This document shows, one piece after another, positions 9,957 to 17,842 of a DNA stretch of 64,000 nt; positions within the stretch are counted from its first letter, which is position 1; every line of letters starts with the position of its first letter. The notes under the pieces were generated by a model. That model saw only the letters and a program-made list of their open reading frames with translations, had not been told where the DNA came from and did no database searches. The DNA is from an uncultured Gemmatimonadales bacterium (GTDB lineage Bacteria > Gemmatimonadota > Gemmatimonadetes > Palauibacterales > Palauibacteraceae): the NCBI GenBank assembly GCA_963783385.1, contig CAWANJ010000007.1, forward strand, positions 96,001 to 160,000, in the 5' to 3' direction. A program made the translations under genes and the position numbers.

Positions 9957-10862
9957 CTAGAAGGTGAGCCCCACCCCCAGGAAGCCGGGGGCGGCAATGA
10001 GGTGCGCCCGGAGACCGATCGGGTCTCCGGGCGCGCGTGCATCCCGGCGGTCGGGACCGGACCCGACGGAGCTCCCGGCGCCGCCGGCCGCGCCACGCGC
10101 CCCGTCGGCGGCCGCACCCGCGCCGTCGGTCCCTCCCGGCCCGCGAAGGAGCCGCAGCACCCGGCGGGTCGTGATGCGCGAGACGACGGTCCCAATGGCC
10201 GCGCCGACCACGATGTCCGACAGCCAGTGCTTGTCGTCGTACACGCGCGACAGGGCCGTGGCGCTCGCGATCGTGTAGCCGAGGGCGGCCGGCAGCCAGC
10301 CGTCGGTGGCCTCATCGATGGCTCCCGCCATGGCGAAGGTGTAGGCCGCGTGTCCGGAAGGGAACGAGGCGTGCCCGGACAGCGGCCGGAAGGAGAATTC
10401 GCCGCGCCCCCACAGGGGCCGCGCCCTCCCGACCAGCTCGTTCACGACCTCGTTGGCCGCAGAGCCGGCCGCGGCGCCCGCCAGCACCGCCGCGGCCGTC
10501 TCCAGCCCGCGGCCTCCACCCGTCACCCCGCCGACGGCCAGCGTGCCGCCCACGAACCACGGCAGGCTCTGGTGCCAGTTCCCGAACCACCGCGCCCGCC
10601 GGGCGAGCGCGTCGCCGGTCCTCCCCTGCACGTCCCGCGACAGGTCCCGGACCGGCTCGTCGAGGGCCACCAGGGCGCCGAGGGCGGCCGCGCCGCCGCC
10701 GATCCACACGAGGGTGGAGGGGCCGCCGTGCGAGGTAGCGACCCGCGAAGTGTCCGCCGCGACGGGACGCCGTATCGAGGTCGCCGAGGCCGGCGCGAGG
10801 CCGGCGGACAACAGCAACAGCGCGGCCGCGAGGCCGCCCGACGTACCCGTTCGGCGGATCAT
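9957..10862 (-). CDS. PAP2 family phosphatase (exported or membrane)
   Basis: GRARP, SFPSGH and SRVYDDKHWLSD PAP2 motifs. Likely ATG at 10862 followed by a signal peptide. Confidence 0.88.
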   Translation of the reverse strand: MIRRTGTSGGLAAALLLLSAGLAPASATSIRRPVAADTSRVATSHGGPSTLVWIGGGAAALGALVALDEPVRDLSRDVQGRTGDALARRARWFGNWHQSLPWFVGGTLAVGGVTGGGRGLETAAAVLAGAAAGSAANEVVNELVGRARPLWGRGEFSFRPLSGHASFPSGHAAYTFAMAGAIDEATDGWLPAALGYTIASATALSRVYDDKHWLSDIVVGAAIGTVVSRITTRRVLRLLRGPGGTDGAGAAADGARGAAGGAGSSVGSGPDRRDARAPGDPIGLRAHLIAAPGFLGVGLTF

Positions 10863-11035
10863 GGGCGCCGAATGTGGGATGGTGGGCGAGGGAGGATCAG
10901 AATGCAGCGGAGCACGAGGGTGGGTCCGGGCCCTCCGGCTCCCGCCCGCTCGCGCCTCCCGAGCGGCCCGGCCCGCCCGGCTACGGCCCCGGCGACCGGG
11001 TGCCCGTGCGCGTCCGCGCCGATCCGACTTTTTCG

Positions 11036-11065
11036 TTGCAACCGCGCGGGTTTCCGGGTTATGTT
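11036..11065 (+). promoter_or_regulatory. Candidate sigma-70 promoter for recF-dciA-gyrB
   Basis: TTGCAA-N18-TATGTT in an AT-richer patch about 40 nt upstream of the recF start. Confidence 0.4.
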
Positions 11066-11107
11066 GGTGGGATTCGACGGGAGGCGTACACAGGCCGCCG
11101 AGGAGCA

Positions 11108-12298
11108 ATGCCACACAGCGCATCCGCGCACCCTCTGCCGAAGGCGAGCGGTCCGGAGCTGGCGACCGGAGCGGTCCGGCTCGGACGGGTCCGTCTGCGG
11201 GACTTCCGGAACTTCGAGCGGCTGGAGTGCGAGCTCCCCGCCGAGGGGGTGATGATCCTCGGGCCCAACGGCGCCGGGAAGACCAACCTGCTCGAAGCGG
11301 TGTATTATCTGGAGGTGTTTCGCTCCTTCCGCGGTGCTTCGGACCGGGAGCTGGTGCGCTTCGGCCAGGAGGTGTTCCGGGTCGAGGCGACGGTGGAGGG
11401 ACCGCGGGGCGAGCGCACGATCGCGGCGGCCTACAGCGCGGCCGAGCGGCGCAAGCAAGTCGAGGTGGACCGCCGGGAGGTCTCGCGTCTGTCGGACGCT
11501 ATCGGGGGGCTGGGGGCGGTGGTGTTCAGCCTCGACGACGTGGAGATCGTGCGGGGCTCGCCGTCGGGGCGGCGGCGCTTCCTGGATATCCTCCTGTCGC
11601 TGGTGGAGCCCGGGTACGTGGACGCCCTGGGCAAGTACAGGTCGGTGCTGTCGCAGCGCAACGAGGCGCTCAAGGGAGGCGCCGACCGGGCGGAGCTCGA
11701 GGCGTGGTCGGCCGGCCTGGTCGAGGTCGGGGCCCGGGTGATGGAAGCCCGGGCGCGCTGGGTGGCCGGCCGGGCGGCGGCGTTCGATCGCTACCACGCG
11801 CGCATCGCGGGCGGATCGCGCGGCGTGCTCGGGTACCGGCCGTCGGTGGGGATGCCGGAGGGCGCGAGCCCGCCCTCCGGCGCCGCCTGGGCGGAGGCGT
11901 TTCGGGAGGCGCTGGAGCGTGCGCGCGGGCGGGAGCGCCGCCGCGGCGTGACCGTCGTCGGACCGCACCGCGACGAGCTCGCGTTCACGGCGCAGGTGGG
12001 CGGAGAGGAGGAGCGCGACCTGAGGACGTACGGATCGGGCGGACAGCAGCGCACGGCGGCGCTGGCCCTGCGGCTGGCCGAGGCGGACACGCTTCGCGAG
12101 CGGCTCGGGCGCGAGCCGGTCTACCTGCTCGACGACGTGTTCGCCGAGCTCGACCGCGAGCGCTCCGGCCGGCTGCTCCAGCTGCTGGAGGAGGGACGCT
12201 CGGGCCAGGTGGTGCTCACGGCTCCCAAGCCGGCGGAGGTCGAGCTCCGCGGCGGGCTCCAGGTGTGGCGGCTCCGGGACGGGAAGCTGGAGTGTTGA
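11108..12298 (+). CDS. recF: DNA replication/repair protein RecF
   Basis: LRDFRNF, GPNGAGKTNLLEA Walker A, GPHRDEL, SGGQQR and LLDDVFAELD. ATG at 11108 after AGGAG. Confidence 0.96.
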   Translation: MPHSASAHPLPKASGPELATGAVRLGRVRLRDFRNFERLECELPAEGVMILGPNGAGKTNLLEAVYYLEVFRSFRGASDRELVRFGQEVFRVEATVEGPRGERTIAAAYSAAERRKQVEVDRREVSRLSDAIGGLGAVVFSLDDVEIVRGSPSGRRRFLDILLSLVEPGYVDALGKYRSVLSQRNEALKGGADRAELEAWSAGLVEVGARVMEARARWVAGRAAAFDRYHARIAGGSRGVLGYRPSVGMPEGASPPSGAAWAEAFREALERARGRERRRGVTVVGPHRDELAFTAQVGGEEERDLRTYGSGGQQRTAALALRLAEADTLRERLGREPVYLLDDVFAELDRERSGRLLQLLEEGRSGQVVLTAPKPAEVELRGGLQVWRLRDGKLEC

Positions 12299-12756
12299 CG
12301 GGCGACCCGGCACCGGGGCCGGCCGAGGCGCGTGACCGGCCGGGCTCCTACGACGACCGGTCGGGTCCGCGGCGCCCCCGGCGGCACCGCCGCCGGAAGA
12401 CCGACGCCGCACGACGGCAGGCGCCCGAGCCGATCGGCGGGGTGGTGGGCTCCGTGCTGGAGCGCTGCGGCGTGCGCGACGAGGTCGAACGGGCCACGAC
12501 GGCCTCGCGCTGGGACGAGATCGTCGGGCCGCACATCGCGCGGGTCACGCATCGGCCGCGCGTGTCGGGGACCACGCTGTTCGTGGAGGTGGATGGCGCC
12601 GCCTGGATGACGGAGCTGGCCATGATGCGCCGTGACCTCATGCGGCGCCTGAACGCGGGACGGGAATCGGGTCGGATCGAGAAGATCGTCTTCCTCCAGG
12701 CCGAGGGCCGGGAGGGAAGCGGCGGGGACAACGCGAGCACACGGGGACCAAGCTAA
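12292..12756 (+). CDS. dciA: DciA / DUF721 helicase loader-like protein
   Basis: WDEIVGPHIA..TLFVEV..AAWMTEL motif in the canonical position between recF and gyrB. Confidence 0.85.
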   Translation: MLTGDPAPGPAEARDRPGSYDDRSGPRRPRRHRRRKTDAARRQAPEPIGGVVGSVLERCGVRDEVERATTASRWDEIVGPHIARVTHRPRVSGTTLFVEVDGAAWMTELAMMRRDLMRRLNAGRESGRIEKIVFLQAEGREGSGGDNASTRGPS

Positions 12757-14733
12757 ATGGCGAAGACGAAGACGACGAAGACGGAAGAAGAGCTCCGGAA
12801 GAAGGTCCGCAAGAAGGTCGAGGCGGGCGACTACACGTCGCGCCAGATCCAGGTGCTCAAGGGGCTCGAGGCCGTCCGGAAGCGGCCGGGCATGTACATC
12901 GGCTCCACGGCGGCCCGGGGTCTCCACCACCTGGTCTACGAGGTGGTGGACAACTCCGTGGACGAGGCCATGGCCGGGTACTGCACGCACATCGCGGTGG
13001 CGCTGCTCCCGGATGGATCCGTCACCGTCTCGGACGACGGCCGCGGCATCCCCGTCGACCTCCACCCGACCGAGAAGGTGCCGGGCGTCGAGCTGGCGCT
13101 CACCACCCTGCACGCCGGCGGCAAGTTCGACAAGCAGAGCTACAAGGTCTCGGGCGGGCTCCACGGGGTGGGCGTCTCGGTGGTCAACGCCCTGTCGGAG
13201 TGGCTGGAGGCGGAGGTGTGCCGCGACGGGTACATGTGGCGCCAGCACTTCCAGCGCGGCCTCAAGACCGACGACCTGGCCAGGGGCGAGAAGACGGACG
13301 AGACGGGGACGACGATCCGCTTCCGCCCCGATCCCGAGATCTTCACCGAGCTCCGCTTCAACTTCGACACCCTCGTCGGTCGGTTGCGCGAGCTCGCCTA
13401 TCTCAACAGGGGCACCCGCATCCTCATCACCGACGAGCGCGAGGAGGAGCCTCGCGTCGAGGACTTCCAATTCGACGGCGGCATCGTGCAGTTCGTCGAG
13501 TACCTGCGAGGCAAGAAGACGCCGCTCCACCCCGACGTGATCTACGTGGAGGGGACGCAGGAGGACGTGGAGGTGCAGCTGGGCATGCAGTACACGGACA
13601 GCTACAACGAGGACACCTTCACCTTCGTCAACAACATCAACACCCACGAGGGCGGCACCCACCTCACGGGCTTCAAGGCGGCGCTCACGCGCACGATCAA
13701 CAGCTACGCCGAGAAGAACAACCTACTCAAGAAGGGCGATCCGGGCCTGTCGGGCGACGACGTGCGTGAGGGGCTCACCGCCGTTCTCTCGGTCAAGGTC
13801 CTCGAGCCCCAGTTCGAGGGGCAGACCAAGACCAAGCTCGGCAACAGCGAGGTGCGCGGCATCGTGGAGAGCCTGGTGAACGACAAGCTCTCGACGTGGC
13901 TGGAGGAGACCCCGTCGGCCGGCCGCTCGATCATCGAGAAGGCGGTGCAGTCGGCGCGGGCGCGCGAGGCGGCCCGCAAGGCGCGCGATCTCACCCGCAA
14001 GCGCTCGGCCCTCGAGACCGGGATCCTTCCCGGCAAGCTGGCCGACTGTTCGATCACCGACGCCGAGCTCTCCGAGATCTTCATCGTGGAGGGCGACTCG
14101 GCGGGAGGGAGCGCCAAGCAGGGCCGGAACAGGAACTTCCAGGCCATCCTGCCCCTGCGCGGGAAGATCCTGAACGTCGAGAAGGCACGGATCGACAAGA
14201 TCCTCTCCAACGAGGAGATCCGGGCCATGATCACCGCCATAGGGGCCGGGATCGGCGAGGAGTTCGATCTCGGGGAGACCCGGTACCACAAGATCATCCT
14301 CATGACCGACGCCGACGTGGACGGCGCCCACATCCGCACGCTTCTCCTCACCTTCTTCTTCCGGCAGATGAAGGAGTTGATCGAGGCGGGCTACATCTAC
14401 ATCGCCCAGCCGCCCCTGTACCGGGTGCACAAGGGGAAGCAGGAATTCTACTGCTATACGGAGGAGGAGCGGGAGGCGATCGTCGAGCGGTTCTCGGACG
14501 GGAAGGGCCGTGGAGGGATCGGCGTGCAGCGCTACAAGGGCCTCGGCGAGATGAACCCGGAGCAGCTCTGGGAGACGACCATGAACCCGGAGAAGCGCAC
14601 CCTCCTCCAGGTCACGATCGACGAGGCCACGGCGGCCTCGCGGCTGTTCGAGGACCTCATGGGCGAGGACGTGGACCCGCGACGGGAGTTCATCGAGAAG
14701 AACGCCCGTTACGTGAAGAACCTGGACGTGTGA
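12757..14733 (+). CDS. gyrB: DNA gyrase subunit B
   Basis: EAVRKRPGMYIG, LHAGGKF, EGDSAGG, PLRGK, MTDADVDGAHI and YKGLGEMN. Confidence 0.98.
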   Translation: MAKTKTTKTEEELRKKVRKKVEAGDYTSRQIQVLKGLEAVRKRPGMYIGSTAARGLHHLVYEVVDNSVDEAMAGYCTHIAVALLPDGSVTVSDDGRGIPVDLHPTEKVPGVELALTTLHAGGKFDKQSYKVSGGLHGVGVSVVNALSEWLEAEVCRDGYMWRQHFQRGLKTDDLARGEKTDETGTTIRFRPDPEIFTELRFNFDTLVGRLRELAYLNRGTRILITDEREEEPRVEDFQFDGGIVQFVEYLRGKKTPLHPDVIYVEGTQEDVEVQLGMQYTDSYNEDTFTFVNNINTHEGGTHLTGFKAALTRTINSYAEKNNLLKKGDPGLSGDDVREGLTAVLSVKVLEPQFEGQTKTKLGNSEVRGIVESLVNDKLSTWLEETPSAGRSIIEKAVQSARAREAARKARDLTRKRSALETGILPGKLADCSITDAELSEIFIVEGDSAGGSAKQGRNRNFQAILPLRGKILNVEKARIDKILSNEEIRAMITAIGAGIGEEFDLGETRYHKIILMTDADVDGAHIRTLLLTFFFRQMKELIEAGYIYIAQPPLYRVHKGKQEFYCYTEEEREAIVERFSDGKGRGGIGVQRYKGLGEMNPEQLWETTMNPEKRTLLQVTIDEATAASRLFEDLMGEDVDPRREFIEKNARYVKNLDV

Positions 14734-14754
14734 GGCGGACCGGGGCGCTCCGGC

Positions 14755-15990
14755 TCAGCCGCCGTCGCGCTCCCGGATCACCACCGTCCCGGCGATGCGG
14801 TCCTGGATTCCCTGCCGGTTGGCGTCCCACAGGATCTGCAGAAAGCCCAGCAGCCCGGTGGCGAGCCCGGCGGCGTAGCCACCGAAGCGGCTGAAGGCGT
14901 TCCACCAGCCGATCTTCTCGCCCGACAGCCGGACCGTGCGGATGCCCATCAGCCGCTTGCCCGGGGTTCGGCCCCGCCAGTACACGGGGATGGCCGTGAA
15001 GTAGAGTCCCAGCCACCCGAAGCCGAAGCCGAGGTCGTTGGCTATCCCCTTGAGGAAGCCGATGATGCTCGGCTGCTTCCTGGCCTGCGCCAGCTGCTTC
15101 TGCAGGTCCTCGTTGGTGCTCCGGAGCTTCCGGATCCGCTCGCCCGCCACCGCGTCGGCCACCTGCTCCCGGCGGGCGGCGGCGGCAGCCGTGTCGCCGC
15201 CGCGGACCGCGTCGGCCCACGCCAGGAGAATGGAGTCCGCCGAGGCGAGCCGCAGGTTGGCCGCGGAGTCGAAGTGCGCCATCGCGTCGCCGATGATGGA
15301 GGCCCGGGTGGCGGAGTCCGCCTGGTCCTGGAGCACGCTCCGCAGGGCGTCGCGGATCTCGGCGCGAGAGGCTCCCCCCTGGGCGAGCCGGCCCGTGAAC
15401 CGGCGGGCCGCGTCCCGGGCCTGGTCGGGGGAGCTCGAGGCGGAGCGCAGGGCGAGCACGTCCCCCACGCCGCCCGCGATGTCGCCCAGTCCCAGGGAGC
15501 GGAGCGTGGTGACCGCCGCGGTGTCGCGGCCCGCCGTGACCACCCGCGGCCCACCGCGGCTCCCCCGGCTCGATCCCGTCCCGCCGCTGATCGCTTCCCA
15601 GCCCTGGGCCAGGGCCAGGAACAGGGCGAGGGCCGCCAGGCCCTTGAACGCCCGGCGCGAGAAGGCGCTCCTTCCATCCACCTCCCGGCTCTTCGCCATA
15701 CGCCAGAAGATCCACGCGAACATGAGGGAAAACAGGACGACGCTCAGGCTCCGGAGCACCGCCGTCAGGGTCCCCGCGGCGATCAGGTCCAGGAGCATGG
15801 CGAAGCCGCGCCGGGAGGGCGCGGCCAGGGGCGTCCCCAGGAGCTCCGGGGCGATCCTGAACGCGTGGGGCGTGACGATGTCGCGCGGATCGCGATGGGG
15901 CCGCGACTCTCCCGGGGCGCCGACGTGAGCGCGCGCGTGCCCTTCGCGCTCCCGGGCGTATCGGTCGTGGGGCGGCGGCTTCGGGGTCAG
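14755..15990 (-). CDS. RDD family membrane protein
   Basis: C-terminal GRTPGKRLMGIR..RQGIQDRIAGTVV RDD motif. The frame stays open upstream of ATG 15798 through a protein-like DPRDIVTPHAFRIAPELLG. The start is uncertain (possible CTG at 15990). Confidence 0.8.
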   Translation of the reverse strand: MTPKPPPHDRYAREREGHARAHVGAPGESRPHRDPRDIVTPHAFRIAPELLGTPLAAPSRRGFAMLLDLIAAGTLTAVLRSLSVVLFSLMFAWIFWRMAKSREVDGRSAFSRRAFKGLAALALFLALAQGWEAISGGTGSSRGSRGGPRVVTAGRDTAAVTTLRSLGLGDIAGGVGDVLALRSASSSPDQARDAARRFTGRLAQGGASRAEIRDALRSVLQDQADSATRASIIGDAMAHFDSAANLRLASADSILLAWADAVRGGDTAAAAARREQVADAVAGERIRKLRSTNEDLQKQLAQARKQPSIIGFLKGIANDLGFGFGWLGLYFTAIPVYWRGRTPGKRLMGIRTVRLSGEKIGWWNAFSRFGGYAAGLATGLLGFLQILWDANRQGIQDRIAGTVVIRERDGG

Positions 15991-16150
15991 CTCTGCCTCG
16001 CGGCTGTGGGTCCCGGCGAAACGGGTGAGGGCACCGCTGGCGGCGCCCGCTTTCGCCTCCTATTCTCTCGCCTCGGGAGGCCGCGGTAAAGGCCATCCCG
16101 GCCGCTCGCCAGCGCAGCCGCAGCCCCAGGGACGTAGCCCGAAGGAGCCG

Positions 16151-17182
16151 ATGGAGACACGCCGCCCGACCAGCCCCGCCGCCGAGGAGATCCTGGGCGG
16201 CTACTTCCCCGTCCTCGACCACGGGTTCGTCGCCCTCGTCGACTACATGGGCGGCGACGAGGACGTGGAGCGCGCCGCCCGGGTGAGCTACGGCTACGGG
16301 ACGCGGAAGCGGAGCGCCACGCGCGGCCTCATCCGCTACCTGCGCCGCCACCGCCACACCACGCCGAGCGAGATGGTGGAGCTCAAGTTCCACTGCTGCA
16401 TGCCCATCTTCGTGGCCCGCCAGTGGGTGCGGCACAGGACGGCCAACATCAACGAGTACAGTGGCCGCTACAGCCTCATCCCGCTCCTGTTCTACACGCC
16501 CGAGCACGGGGACTTCGCCCTGCAGAGCCACTCCAACCGCCAGGGACGCCGCTCCGAGAGCGCGGGCGAGGCATTCCACCGGGAGGCCGTCCGCCGCTGG
16601 GAGCGGGGCAGGGAGGAGGCGGCGGGGCTGTACGAGTGGCTGGTGGGCGAGGACGTCGCCCGCGAGCTGGCCCGCATCGACCTGCCGCTGTCGACCTACA
16701 CGCAGTGGTACTGGAAGATCGATCTGCACAACCTCCTGCACTTCCTCTCCCTGCGGGTGGACCCCCACGCGCAGAAGGAGATTCGGGCGTACGGCGAGGT
16801 CATGGCCGGGATGCTGAAGCGGGTGGCGCCCCTCTCCTACGAGGCCTGGATCGACTACCAGGTGGCCGGCACGGTCCTGTCGCGCGGGGAGCTCGAGGCC
16901 CTGCGCCGCCTGCTCGAGCCCGTCGGCGAGGAGGAGGGCATCCGGGTGCGGGCGGACGGGGATGGAGCGGGCGGGACCGATGGGGCTGCGGGCCGATCGG
17001 GACTCACGGGCGACCAGCTCCGGGAGCTGGGCCTGTCGGGCCGCGAGGTCCGGGAGCTGCTCGAGAAGCTCCGCCCCGCCGAGCGTCCCGACTTCGAGCT
17101 CGACCTGTCGGAGATGAAGTCGGCAGAGCACTTCGCCGCGATCATGGAGCGCGCGGTGCCGGGCGCGGACGTGGAGGGGTAG
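16151..17182 (+). CDS. thyX: FAD-dependent thymidylate synthase
   Basis: AARVSY, HTTPSE, RQWVRHR..NEYSGRY ThyX signature and HAQKEIR. ATG at 16151 after AAGGAG. Confidence 0.96.
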   Translation: METRRPTSPAAEEILGGYFPVLDHGFVALVDYMGGDEDVERAARVSYGYGTRKRSATRGLIRYLRRHRHTTPSEMVELKFHCCMPIFVARQWVRHRTANINEYSGRYSLIPLLFYTPEHGDFALQSHSNRQGRRSESAGEAFHREAVRRWERGREEAAGLYEWLVGEDVARELARIDLPLSTYTQWYWKIDLHNLLHFLSLRVDPHAQKEIRAYGEVMAGMLKRVAPLSYEAWIDYQVAGTVLSRGELEALRRLLEPVGEEEGIRVRADGDGAGGTDGAAGRSGLTGDQLRELGLSGREVRELLEKLRPAERPDFELDLSEMKSAEHFAAIMERAVPGADVEG

Positions 17183-17377
17183 GGGGGCGCCGTACCCGTC
17201 CGAGCCTCCCCCCCGGCGAGGAGGGTGAGACCGCCCCGTGACGGCCTTCGCCCCAGGATCTCGCTATACGGGGTGAGCAACGGTCGTCCGCCGGTCCTCG
17301 ATCACCCGGTCTAGCCCCCGGGCTCTCACTCGGCGGGCCTCCGTCCCAGGGTCCATTCTCCAAGAGGAGCGCTTCCC

Positions 17378-17842
17378 ATGACCGAGTTCAGCCCGAACCG
17401 GCGCCGATTCGTGGAACGGTCGGCTTCGATCGTCGGTGGCCTGTCGATTGTCGGGCCCGCCGCTCTGGCTCGACCGGAGTCGCCTGGCGGCGCCGAGGCC
17501 GCCCACCCCCGGCGAGCCGATCTCGAGGCGCGCGTGATCGCCCGCGCCTGGAGGGACGAAAGGTATCGCTCGGCCCTCCTGCGGGACCCGCGGGGGGTCT
17601 TGAGTCAGGCGCTGCGGACGCAGATCCCATCCCGCCTCAAGATCCAGGTCCTTCAGGAGACCCCCGACCACGTCTATTTCGTGCTCCCGGCCGATCCCAC
17701 CGCCACGACGGACAAGGAGATCTCGTCCGGGGACATTGGCATCCTGGCCATGGGTGAGACGGTCAAGACGGCGTGCAAGATTCCATCCACCGTCATGGTG
17801 CCGACGTGGTTCCAGTCGATCGGCATGTATGGAGGTCGCTAG
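17378..17842 (+). CDS. NHLP (nitrile-hydratase-like leader) RiPP precursor with N-terminal Tat-like signal
   Basis: RADLEARVIARAWRDERYRSALLRDPRGVL..KIQVLQETPDHVYFVLP is a typical NHLP leader. N-terminus is NRRRFV + hydrophobic stretch + ALA. Ser/Thr/Cys tail. RBS GAGGAG. Confidence 0.85.
   Translation: MTEFSPNRRRFVERSASIVGGLSIVGPAALARPESPGGAEAAHPRRADLEARVIARAWRDERYRSALLRDPRGVLSQALRTQIPSRLKIQVLQETPDHVYFVLPADPTATTDKEISSGDIGILAMGETVKTACKIPSTVMVPTWFQSIGMYGGR

Noticed and set aside
10453-12756. 767-aa ORF spanning recF
   Set aside because: GC-rich shadow frame. Only the last roughly 155 codons (DciA) are protein-like.
14690-17131. 813-aa minus-strand ORF and many similar long antisense ORFs
   Set aside because: Stop-codon scarcity at very high GC. 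They mirror real genes and have low-complexity R/G/P/A composition.
17378-17842. Nitrile hydratase alpha subunit
   Set aside because: It lacks the CxLCSC metal-binding motif and no beta subunit is present. It matches the NHLP leader type instead.
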